51,254 nt of DNA from NCBI GenBank assembly GCA_001662655.1, contig KV460268.1; one strand, 5' to 3'. Under the pieces are notes generated by a model. That model was not told where the DNA came from. It made no database searches and saw nothing but the letters and a program-made list of their open reading frames with translations. Numbering within the stretch: the stretch's first letter is position 1; every line of letters starts with the position of its first letter. Below are positions 24,039-36,126 of this stretch, in pieces. The stretch is from Pseudogymnoascus verrucosus. Its lineage: Eukaryota. The position numbers and the translations under genes are program-made.

Positions 24039-24711
24039 ATGGTGTGGGGAGTTGGATTGATATGGGTGTTTTATGGGGTTGGAGGGATGGATGGGGGAGT
24101 CTGATTTAGGGATTGAGCGTGGGGGTGATTTTTTTAAAAAGAGAAAAAGAATGGGGGAGATGGATGGTTATGTTGGTGGTGGAGAGAGGGCGTGAGGGAG
24201 CAAGAGGAATAGCTATGACATCTCATGAACGAGAAATGAGGGTAGATAGACGAATGAACATTCCCAATTTTCGAACCCCATGCACAAGCATGTACGTTAA
24301 ACGTGTAACAAGTATTTCATTCCGATGAATCTTCACGACTCCAGGCCGCCACCAGCAGTGTAGCGGGTCAATAATCAACACGGCGGTGTAACTCCACAAC
24401 AAAACAGACACCAAAACACATCATCTCCATCGAACAGTGTTTTTTACATGCCAAAGAATTAGCTCACCATAAACACTGGCGCAAATATACACAAAAGCGA
24501 AATAGCGCAGTCATAGGGTATCTTATTGCACTCCCCCTTTTCCCTCACCCCTTCCCCTCCCCGGCTCACCTACCTCTTACTCCTACCTCGCATACCAAAA
24601 ACCAAATCCCCACACATAACCATTCCATCGCATCACCTCTCTCCATGTTTCAGCGTTTTGGCATTCCCACTTCTAGGCCAAAGGGGCAAAATAAAAAATA
24701 AATGGCAAAAA

Positions 24712-24774
24712 ACATACAACAGTGGGTATTCGCTGGTGGTCACCCACCCAACTACTAATCCACCGATCTCAAGC
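24712..24774 (-). rRNA. 5S rRNA gene, 3' half (interrupted)
   Basis: Reverse complement GCTTGAGATCGGTGGATTAGTAGTTGGGTGGGTGACCACCAGCGAATACCCACTGTTGTATGT followed by a Pol III T-run terminator. Confidence 0.95.
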
Positions 24775-24934
24775 AATCCTCTGGCAGATTGTTAAATAGG
24801 TGCCATCTGGCCTAGTAGGTGAGCCTCGCTGCCCTTACCCTTATTTTGTGATCGCGACTATCTCGACTACATTGACCACCCAAAAGTAGGTCTATTTTTT
24901 ACAACACGTTGTATTACAACAGTAGACGCCTATA

Positions 24935-25024
24935 GGTGAGTGGGTAAGTATGCTAAGGAAGGTGAGTAAGGTGAGCAGGGTGAGCAGGGTGAGCAGGGTA
25001 AGCTAGATGGGCGAGAAAGGTGAG
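24935..25024 (+). repeat. Subterminal GGTGAG(CAG) array, left end
   Basis: About six GGTGAG copies including tandem GGTGAGCAG x3. Confidence 0.8.
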
Positions 25025-26119
25025 TACAGCCAAACTAAGAAAATAGTATAAAGGGCCTGCTACCTGCTTCATATTCTACAGTCTCTATCTGCATTATATA
25101 TTTCCTTTCAAAGTATCTGGTACTATAGGACACCCAGTCTATACTCCTAAGGAGAGAGCTGCTATATCACAGGGGCAAGGTTTTATTATACAGACTACAC
25201 TGAACAGAAGTCTGTTCAGTCGTGCCTTCCTGATTACCAGAACGGGTAATCACCGAAGGCAAGAAAGTTGGGGCTACCGGGGGGTGGCAGGGGGGGCCTT
25301 GGCAATTACTACTACGGGTAATGGTCAGGCCGAAGGTCAGGCTGCTAAAACTGTCTAATGTGCAGGTGCACGGGGTGAGGAGGGAGGGAGGCCGGTGGTG
25401 GATAGATCGTGCACGAGTGTTACGTGAGAATTTAGATGATAGATGTAGATAGATATGTTTTGAAATAGACACAATGAGGTCCATACCCTTTCTGTAGTGT
25501 AACTTACTGATGGCTCTGCAACGAGTAGAAAATGGGAAGCCAAAGCGTTCTGAAGTGGGTGGTGGTGAGTTCATTCAGTGGGTGTTTCTCGCCGCCCGCT
25601 GGTACGAAGGTTAGCTGCGCTGGGGGGAAGAGTGGAGCCACTGGCGAGCTGGTCTACCAGATAATTTCCACGCACGTCAGCATCGGCAATCGATACATCG
25701 ATACGGCCAGTCGCGGGTGGGAAGCTTAAATGGACAACTATGAACAGCCCTATTTAGCAATGCAGATTACAGGGAGGCGTCACTGGGAACACTCAACATC
25801 TGACCTTTCACCTTCCGACTCTCTTCTGTGCATGAGCGGGCATCACATACGACCTTGTGAGGGAAACAATACGCTACAGAGAAAGCTCACGGGGGCGGTG
25901 GGCTCACAGGAGTCGAGCCCTCCAGGGGGTGTTCTCTCAGGAGAGAGAGTCTCTGAGGAGCTTTGTCCACGGAGAAGAAACGAACTCGGAGCATACTCCT
26001 TGGATGTACGAGCGCCCAGGAGGATCCTCCCGGGAGGATCCTCCTGGAGTGCTAGTCGGTTACAACGGTTATTTGCTATTAAATAAATATTTCATCGTTA
26101 TATTCTTCCCAAGTGTAGA

Positions 26120-28640
26120 TTAGGTACATGTTCCAAATGTTCCAGTCTTATCGCAATATGTTACACAATAGTCTGTCGAAGACCCGCAATCTCCGTATAT
26201 CGAACAGCAAGATCCGAAAGTTGACTTGGAACAAGTGTATCCCGTCGAGCCGCCGCAAGTCCCATCTGGGGAAACGTCGATCGTTGACGTGCTTTTTGCG
26301 CTTGACGTCGTCGGGGACGCGCTGCAAGTGCCGAAGACGCCCGTGGTATCACAATATGTCGAGCAGAAATCGGACGAAGAGCCACAGTCCCCGTAGATGG
26401 AGCAACAGGCGCCAAATGTCGACCCGGAGCACGTATACCCAGTCGAGCCCCCGCAAGTACCGTCGGGCGAGACCACGAGCGGGGAGGTACTCTTAATGCT
26501 CGAAGTTGTCGAAGTCGGAGAGCAAGTGCCGAACTGTCCTGTCGTGTCGCAGTACGTGCTGCAGTAATCGGCGCTGCTTCCGCAATCCCCGTATATGGAG
26601 CAGCATCTTCCAAAGGTCGAACCGGCGCAGGTATAGCCAATACTACCGCCACACGTTCCATCTGGGCTCACGACGAATGTCGAGGTCGAGGTCGGGCTAC
26701 TAGCTGTGCCTGTGCCCGTTCCAGACGTCGTGGTCGCTGCAACGGTAGCTGGTGCCGTGTACACGATACTCGAATTGAAGGGAACAGTTGGCAAATCATT
26801 GGGGTCAACATCACACACGCGATCGTACTCGTTGATCCAGTCTGTATCATCATACATATCTTGCGTTGGACCTGTTTCGGTGATGTTGTACTCTTCCTCG
26901 ACGTCGAGACAGAGCGTGTACGTTGCTAAGGCGGAGTATACAGAGGCATTGACTGCAGCAAGGGTAGTTGTTGTTGGTGTGGGCCAGGAGTAGAAGAAAT
27001 GTCTGACATTTGTGAGTACAATCCGTGAAGCATGTCAGAGAAAAAGAAGCTTACGTCGTGGTTCTATTCGCAGTCGCCGTAGCGTTGCGATTGATAGTTG
27101 ACGGCAGACTGGTGTAATTCGCGAGCGATGCAGCCACAGTCGAATACCCAGAGTAAGTGGCGACATTCCCAACTGCTTCAACACACTTTACTAACATGTC
27201 AGTAATTTTCTTTAATTTGGTCCAGGAAGGAGGCTCACATAGGAGTTTCCAAGCCATAGGTTCCCACAATCTGGAGCAATCTGAGGATTTAAGAAGTAGA
27301 ATGTTGCGTTGGTGATGCCGAATGTGGCTTCAATGGATCCGCAGGTATCGTTGGCAATAATGGTGTACCAGTAACCACAATCCACATTTGTGGTGCCGAC
27401 AGCATTGGTTGGAACGGCACTGGAGACAGTCAGTGACCGCAGTGGGGGGTTAGAGAGATACGATTGAATTGTATAGAAGAGCAAGGGACAAGCTCAAACT
27501 CTCAGCGGGGTGTAGAGAATATCCCCCACTACATCACATGGCATGAACTTACACTGCAGTTGCGGCAGGCGGGAGGTAGAGTGGCATCGGAGAACCAGGA
27601 GGGCTTGACAAAAGTTAGTGCACTGAAACATGAATCTAGAAGTCTGATTTCTAACCTGATGCAGATGTACGTGCCAACAAGAGCAGCTAGATTGGAACAT
27701 TGAGAGTTGATATTTGAGTTCCACGACGCCAAGTCAGCATTGGTGATCCCTGACGAAAAGGAGGAAATGATAGATGTGCAGGTATCGTTCGTCTTGACCA
27801 GATAGACGTCGCAAGTCGTTGGCAGACACAGTTTCTCGCCTGTACTCAAATAAGAGCAACCCTGATCCAGCCCGTTCAGGGAGGTCAGAGAACCAGTTGA
27901 CACATTTTGAGAAGCAGAAATGTCGATACAGGAGTCATTTGCCAAGACTGTGTACAGCGCAACACTCGGGTCCGTCTTGTTACAGCGGTCTCCAGAGGTC
28001 ACTGTGGGCGTTGCAGTCGAAGTGCTCGAGCTGGATGTCGCCGTGTAGGTAGCCGAGTAACCAGTGGCTGAGCAGCTCGATACTTGCGACTCAAATTCCG
28101 AGTTGCTGATTAGAGCCTGGCCCCATTCTGAGTTGACGATGCTTTCCATATAAGTCAGGTAGCATGTGCTGCAACTGACGCCGGTCGAAGAATTGGCGAG
28201 CGCCTCCTGGAAGTAAGTATTGCAGTACTCGCCAGAGGAAGGATCAGTCAGGCATGTGGTGCTTTGTCGCCATTGCATTTCCCTTCCTAGGTCCGCTGCC
28301 GTTTGGATGGTTCCGGAGATGTTGTATGTGGCCGTTGCCCCGCATACAGAATCAACGTTGGCAACATAAGCAGAAAGAGCAGTGGTGCAGTTATTTGCGC
28401 ATATAAATCCCAGAGCGCTCGAAGACCATGTTCTGCCCAAGAGGTCAAAGTCAGTATATACTTCTACCGGCTAGGATTGGAACATTCTCACGTTGTGTCA
28501 GTTACTGCCGATCTAAGGTTAGCATAGCAGCTGACATCTGCCGTAAGAGCTGAGAGGCACGAGGCTGAAGCAGAGATATTGGCAAATGCTGTGCTTGAAG
28601 AAGTGTATATGTACAGCAAGTCGACCGATGGGGTAGACAT
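26120..28640 (-). CDS. LysM + hevein (CBM18) chitin-binding protein
   Basis: Three LysM-like units (YTVLANDSC, YLVKTNDTC, YTIIANDTC) and three C-terminal VSPDGTCGGS.GYTC...CCSIYGDCG repeats; multiple introns; start at 28640 inferred from GCCATG context. Confidence 0.88.
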
Positions 28641-29557
28641 GGCGCCGAAAAGGAATGTGGTGATATGGTTGTAAAGACAGTTGGAGGGGGATTAGAAGCC
28701 TCTTGGGTCAAAAAAGGCTCCTCGAGGACTCTCCGTCGACCTCTGAACTGGGGGATGGGGTTGGCACGACCTCGAAGTCGGTTGGGCATAGGGAAGATTG
28801 AGGAGCACCATGATCGTCTTAGTGAAGATGCAAGGTTCGTTGCTGAAATCTCGATTCCCATCTCCGAAAAATCTGAAATGCAGGTACAGCACTGTAAATC
28901 GAATAAGCTCACGCAGGTGCTCACATGAAAAATTCAGAAAACCTTGTCTCCATGTAGCTACAAGCAGAATCCTTCAGAATCCTTTGAACGGAAGCAATGC
29001 CAAGCTGAGCCAAGTCTCGATCTAAAGGCTTATCCAGATCCATCTCGGCGTATTATCCTTGACAATAGCGGGTCGTGCCGCCGTGCACGTCAGCCACTCA
29101 CGATGTTCCCCTGAGAGGCTCGATTCCAAATAAGCTTACCTAGGCCACACATCTCCACTGGAATGTAACCTTACATCCACGCGGGTTCTGGCAATTATGG
29201 GTCTGACTTCAATTGCAGATCTGCCGGAGTTCGCACCTTTACAGCAAGTGTCCCTCAACCCCCCACATCACCAATACCAATGTCAAACTTGCACTTTGAC
29301 CTTCATTTTCAAAGCTAGGTACAGAACTGTGTCTCATTTCCGCTCTTGCAAATTCTTCATGAAATGCCCCAGTATCACAACTAAGCTTCAGCTCTACGCG
29401 TAGGATTTCAAAGGATTCCAGCTTATAGCTCAGCAAATCAGTTGCCCCTCAGTCTGTCTTTGCCGTTTGCTCCTGATCCTAATGGTAGCTATGTCTTGTC
29501 TTCCTCACCTCCAAACTTCTTGAAAGTATACCGTCTTTACCTCATTGCCGCAGCACA

Positions 29558-32500
29558 ATGGCGTTGCTTCCAACAAAAGCATCTTGGCCTGAACGGCTTT
29601 TTACACTCTTTATACTTCTTTCTGATTTACACATTACATCTCTAGTTTCTGCTCAGACAATCACTTGCAGCAAGGCAAGTCCTTGTGTAAACAATGCTTG
29701 CTGCAGTGTCGCTGTTGGGTCTACTGAAGGAGTAAGTTTGCCCATATGGAAGATGATATCCTCAAAGAGAAATCTCACAAGGGCGTTTGCTGACCGTTCC
29801 TCCAGATCTGCGGATATGGACCTTTCTGCAACACTACTACAACCGCTACTTGTGTTAGTAACTGCGATGCAAAGGCCGAATGCGGTAAATATGCAAAGAT
29901 ACCTGGAGCGACATGTCCTCTTTCTACCTGTTGTTCAGAATGGGGTTTCTGGTAAGTCGTTGTCCATCACTGAAATTCAAGTATTTTGCATTGAGAGCTC
30001 TCGGGCGCTGCTCTTTGGACAGCGATTGAGCCTGCATGCTTTCCTGTAGCATCCTAAATCTACAGCGCTAATTCATTAAATAGCGGTACAACGACTGAAT
30101 TTTGCGCGGATCTCTGCCAAAATAACTGCTTTGAGCCTACTGAACCATCCTGTACCTCAAATGATGTCCTGAAGAAAGTGATAGGCTATTACGAAAGTTG
30201 GTCGTCAGATCGGGCATGTGACGGCTGGGGACCAAGCGACATCTCTGCCAACGGACTCACACATGTTTTTTACTCATTTGCCTTGTTCGAAGAATATGAT
30301 TCCGACTGGAACGTGTATATTCCAGCACTGGATCAAGCTCAAACCGAGGCCGAAATGCTCAAACCTTTTATGGCTCTTAAACAGAAGAACCCTGGTCTAA
30401 GTACTGTTATTTCAGTTGGTGGATGGTCAGTAAATAACGTGCCCAATGTTCCTGTGGTGCTCTTTACTAAATCTAGTCACAGGTCATTCAATGATCCACC
30501 AACAGCAGGCTATTGGTCTACGATGTCGTCGACCGCTGCTGGTAGAAACTCTTTCGCTAAGAATCTCCTTGCATTTATGGTACTCTATGGTTTCGATGGT
30601 GTCGATTTGGACTGGGAATACCCTGGGGCCTCTGATCGTGGAGGAGACACGACGTTATGGGTAGACAGCGATAACTACATAGCCCTCATCAGGGAAATTC
30701 GCATGGTTTTCGATGCTACGGGAACAGCATACACGATTTCATTCACTACGCCTGCCAGCTACTGGTATCTCCAGACATTCCGGGTCAACGAAATGCTCTC
30801 AGCCGGTGCTGATTGGACCATGATGATGACTTACGATCTACACGGTGTTTGGGACGGCGATGACCCATATATCGGTAAAATAATCGGTTCTCATACTAAC
30901 TTGACAGAGATCAAAGTTGGCCTAGACTTGCTCTGGCGAACTAATGTAGATCCTTCCCAGGTTCTCATGGGCATAGGATTCTATGGCCGTTCTTTTACTT
31001 TGAGTGACATTGGCTGCCAAGATCCCGGATGTCCTTTCGATTCAGCTGGTGTTCCAGGTGTATGTACTGCCACTGCTGGAATTCTTTCTTATAAAGGTAG
31101 CGTTTGTTCTGCTCTGTTCGCTGCCAAATCTGTACTAACAAGAACAGAAATCACTGCGATCGTCACTGCTGGAGAAGGTACACCCGTGTGGAATGAAGAG
31201 GCAGCTGTCAATTATCTGACCTTTGCCGACAATCAGTAAGACTTTCCAATTATAAACTTGCGACTCTAAGTCAAACTTCCAAACAGAACAACTGACATCA
31301 TTTTCTATAGATGGGTTTCATACGACAATAATGTTACCTTTAAACAGAAGGTTGATTACGCAAACCAAATCTGTCTTGGAGGGGTCGGTATCTGGGCTAT
31401 AGACTTGGATACCTATGACTGGCAGGCACTGAGTGCTTTGACAGGCAAGGATATAAATGGCGGCTCCCTTCTAACCAGCGGTGGGGACCCTACCGAGCTT
31501 GCTTCAGCTTATAACGCTTACACCGGAGCTGATTGCTATGTCTCTGGATGCGTTGACTGGAACACAGGGTCGTGCAAGGCCGGGTACAGCGTGCTAGACT
31601 ATGTGCACTCTGGATCCATGGGTGTGATCGAAGATCCTGACAAGAATTTGTGCCGCAGAGGTGATGTGTCTGTTGAAGAGTCTACAGATTCACAATATCG
31701 TTTGATCTGTTGTCCGACAGATGCGATGCCAGTCAGCTGTTCATGGGAAGGAGCAGGAGCAGGAGTAGGATTTGCATTGTTCCCGCAATTCTGCAAGGGT
31801 GGCGGCTCTGGCTTCTGTGGCGCCGGAAAGTTTGAATTGATTGCAGACTCCTATACCGAAAGGACAGGAAGTACTCCGTGCATCTTGAACAAGCGATCTT
31901 TGTGCTGCGCAACGGATCCGGAGCTGGAACTCTGTTCTTGGACAGCTTGTGGTGACTCCTGTCTAGAGACACAGTATAAGAACCCCAACACTTCTGTGTA
32001 TGGCGGATCAAGTAAGTGTTGCCCCGAACAAAACACCAAATCTGACTAATGATGTTTCTCAGATCTCAATCAAGATTCTGAACTCTGCGCCGATGGCGCG
32101 AATCCAGCCGGCCCCTCTTCATTCTGCTGTCCCAGTAAAGGCACGCACACTCCTGATCCATGCCAATACTATCCTGCTAACTAGTTATCCAGATACGTAT
32201 ACTGGCTGTGCCTGGTATGGTGACGACTACTGCACGAAAAGCTGTCCGAGCGACAAGATTCTCATTACACAAAGATCGGAAATTGAGGACCTCCAAATTG
32301 AGCAAGGTTTGCCAGGTGGCTACGATGAATGTGTCACTGGATACCTGAAATACTGCTGCGATCCTCCTACAGCGACAACAGACTGGCCTGTCAGTCCGAC
32401 AGATTTGTTTGAGTACCCTGATACAACACACGTGAGCTACGAGTATGTCAAAGAGGATTCATCATATGACGACTGTATGTCTATATTAACTCCTCGTATT

Positions 32501-35500
32501 TTTTCTCATACGAATTACTGACTGTACTATAGATGATAGAGAAGAAGATGGCCCATTCGCCTTCGTGATGATTGACGGAGATACAGCCGCTTACAGCGAG
32601 TCACTGGTGGACCAGTGGGGCTTCCTCGATGATGACTTGAACCTATCAAAGAGAAAAATAAAGAAGCGCGACATGTTCACTAAACAAAACGACACATTTG
32701 ATAATGTTGTTGAGACATACACTATTAAGTGTCTTAATCTTGCCGGCTGTGAGGGTTTGTTTGAGAAAGGGGCTTCAAATACCATTGTCAAGCTGCCCGA
32801 CTCCATAGGTGCAGGACCTTATGCCAGGATTATAAGTCTGGAGCCTATCGGATCGACGAAGAGGTCAAGCAATATAGTGCCACGATCAGTAGGCGATACC
32901 TACAACTTGGTCGTGGATTATGATCTCGCAGGTGCCGCTGTGGAACAGAAGGGCGATGTTAACTTCAGAATCGATTACTCCAATCTCGTGGACTACTGGG
33001 CCGACGTCACAGACACTCCTGCGAAGAACAGAAAACGATGGTTTGGAGCCTTCAAGGCCTGGTTGGCCAAAGTCACGACCATGGTCAAATCGGATACGGG
33101 ATTCCTTCCCTTAGAGTACGAAGAGAACATCAAACTTTTCCATTTCGCCAAAACCTGCCCAAAGACCAATCTCAAAACGACCCTCGATTTGGACGCCAAT
33201 ATACATATGGGATTGTATGCCCAATACGCCTACTACTTTGAGGGCTCAATTTTGCCGACGCCAACTTTGATTGCATCTTACGGTTACTTTTCAGTGTCAC
33301 CCGCCGCCGCCGTACGTCGTCAGACTCCATGCTTTATTTTATCTTTCTAACCATCTTACTAACTACTGGCAGATCTTGATGACTCTTAGAGGCGAAGCCA
33401 TCATCCAAACGAACTCAGATGTTGTCAACATCTTAAGTGGAATTACCCTCCCAGGACTTTCTATCAAAGGACTCATCAGCATTGGTCCAGAGTTTGATTT
33501 GACAGGTTCTATGGATGCTTCATTGCAGGTTTCTGGCGAACTTAACGCTGGTGTTTCTGTCGCATGGCCCAAGGCCGAAGTATTTTTCCCCCAAGACAGT
33601 GATGGAACTGGGGCAACTATACCCCCAGGGACTTTGGACGATCCAAATGATCCTGACAAGCAGCAGACTTTTTCAGTAGTACCCACCTTTGACGCAAGCA
33701 TCACGGCTGTTGGAAATCTTGCACGCAAGTTATAGCACATCTTTCCTCACAGGAATTTACTGACAGTGTATTAGTGACTCTTACCCCTCAAGTCAAATTC
33801 GGAATATCTGTCTTAGGCGACGCTCTCATGAGCGGATATGTCACAGCAGGCGTAGCTAATACCATTACATTAGGACTCTCTGCTGGTGCCAGTGTTAGCT
33901 CAACCACTGGAGCTACTGCTGAGTTTTGTTATTGGGCAGACTATGTCTATTCTGTCTTCCTCTCTTCTGATGTCTCGTATGTTGGCCTCTCTTAACTCTA
34001 CGTTGGGCGTGAACTGATAAAAGTTACCTAGATTCGCCAATGGACTTGCTTACTGGGGTAACTCTATAGAGTTGGCATCGCCTGAAGATCCCCTGGTTCT
34101 CATTGACAAGACATGCGTTGACTACTCCTCAACCCCAGCAGACAAGCGAAAGCGAGATGATGCAAACCTTGTCCCTCTCACTACAGGAACGCCATGCTTT
34201 GGGGGTTTGATATCGTGCGAGGACACCGTTGACAACACAACTTGTGCAGTTGGAGGTCCTTCTTCCAAGCGAGACACGTCAACTTGTTACCTGCCTCCAG
34301 CACTTTTCTATAACTGCGCCTTCTTTCAACCTGGGCGTGTTGTCAACGACAATGAGAATACTCGAGCTGGTGGTGCATACGAGACATTCATTAGTAAGTG
34401 GCGCAACCTTATCTCAACTTATACCCTGCTGCGACACGTCTGCTAACATTTGACGTAACAGGTATTTGCCAAAATGTTCGAGGATATCTCCAGGACAACA
34501 ATAACGGTCAGACAATTGGATCCAACTGGATGCAGCTGACTTATCTTCCCGGCGGAGGGACCAATCGAAACGACGCCTGTAAGGATGTGTCTTCGGTCTG
34601 TGCCTTCACAAAGTCGTATCTGTGGCCGACAGCTGTTTTTGAGGCAGCGTTGACAGCCAAAAAGGATGACAAGGCCTACATGAACATGGCAGGGTACTCT
34701 GATTCAATTTCTTGCGATGAATTTCCCTTCAATGCTTCCGAAGAAGGTGGTTCTGGGGCGAACGCAGCATGTGTTACAAATGACCAGCAATTTTACCAGG
34801 GCCAGATCAATAATCTTGTTTCTAACGTCTATGATCTTGAGGAGGATAGCTTATGGTCACCTCGTGCTCCTAAACCAAAGTGGAACGGTGGCAAAAGACT
34901 CTACACCATAAATCTGTTCGATGCATCTACCAATGGAAACGATCTCTCTTCACCTTACGCTGGTACATGGAAATCGTCTGCAAATACTCCAAGCGGCGGT
35001 CTTACTCAGGTTGTGGGAGGTATCAATCTACAAGGCAATCCGCAATATCAATTAGGCGTTAACGGAGACGTGCAAAACGGTATTTGTATGACGATGCCAC
35101 GAACGATGACCCTTGCTGCTACTCAGAAGTTTTACAAATTGAAGGTACAGAAATGCTTTATCACCTTTGAAACGCCTGAGGATTTAACAAGGAGGGGCTT
35201 GGATCCTCAAGATCCACAGAACTGGCAGATCAAATGTGTGTACAAAGTTCCCCCCAAAGCATTATTGCTGTCAACCCTCACAAATAAATTCACACTAACA
35301 CCTTGGCAGCTGTCCAACTTGAAGATGATGACGAAGAGCTAATAAAGACGGAAAATGATGGCTTTGAGATGGATATCATAGAAGAGATTACTAAGGAGAT
35401 TGAGGTCTTAGATATTGCGAAAAAGTATCCAGCCGAAGCAGTGATTACACCAAGCCCGAGATTGGGACCAGGTCATGTACATGGACGTAGACATTATTAG
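29558..35500 (+). CDS. Subgroup C (killer-toxin-alpha-like) GH18 chitinase with CBM18 and C-terminal NucA/NucB-like domain
   Basis: Signal-peptide-like start; hevein CPLSTCCSEWGFCG; intact catalytic DGVDLDWEYP; MTYDLHGVWD; Cys-rich linker; KR|WFG; C-terminal SCDEFPFNASEEGG; about 11 GT-AG introns join the listed ORFs. Confidence 0.88.
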
Positions 35501-36126
35501 GCTGATAAGTAATTTTGGGGAACGAATTTTCTGAATTAAGTAGCTAAGTAACTATAACAATGTACTTATATTCTTAGATGAGTTCACTGCATTTAGTTAG
35601 TTGTAGGCGTAGTTTCAATGATCTTGTATGTCGAAATAACGAAATGATATCTGGGACCCCCCAGTTGCTGGCGATTCCGCAGTCACTGTCGATTCCGCAA
35701 TCACTGTTGACTATAGCTATTATATTAGCGACTATTACCGTTTATACCATAGGAAGTCACGAAAAGAGGCAGAATGAATACACAGTATCATGATCAGAAA
35801 ATTGTGAAATGCGTAGAAGACCATCCTCTCATTATGGTGAGTCTTCCAACTATATACGTAGCCCTGACACGACGCTGTGATAGACTACGCGCGTTAACCC
35901 GTACATTCAGTAAACTGAGAATGATCATATTCATCCCCTTTCCCCTCAGCCTCGAGGGCAAGATATCCCGGAGCATTCTGCTCGATCAGTGCTGGCCATT
36001 CATCAGGGCCCTGTTCAAGGTGTCCTGTAGCTTTCACATCTGCAAATATCTCTAGAATTGGCTTCGAGATATCGAGACTAAAACTCAGTTAGCACATTCT
36101 AGACTAGCAATTGGTTTGCTCCAAAC

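Noticed and set aside
29558..35500. Treating the many ORFs here as separate genes or a fragmented pseudogene
   Set aside because: The breaks I examined coincide with GT..CTAAC/CTGAC..AG introns, supporting one spliced gene.
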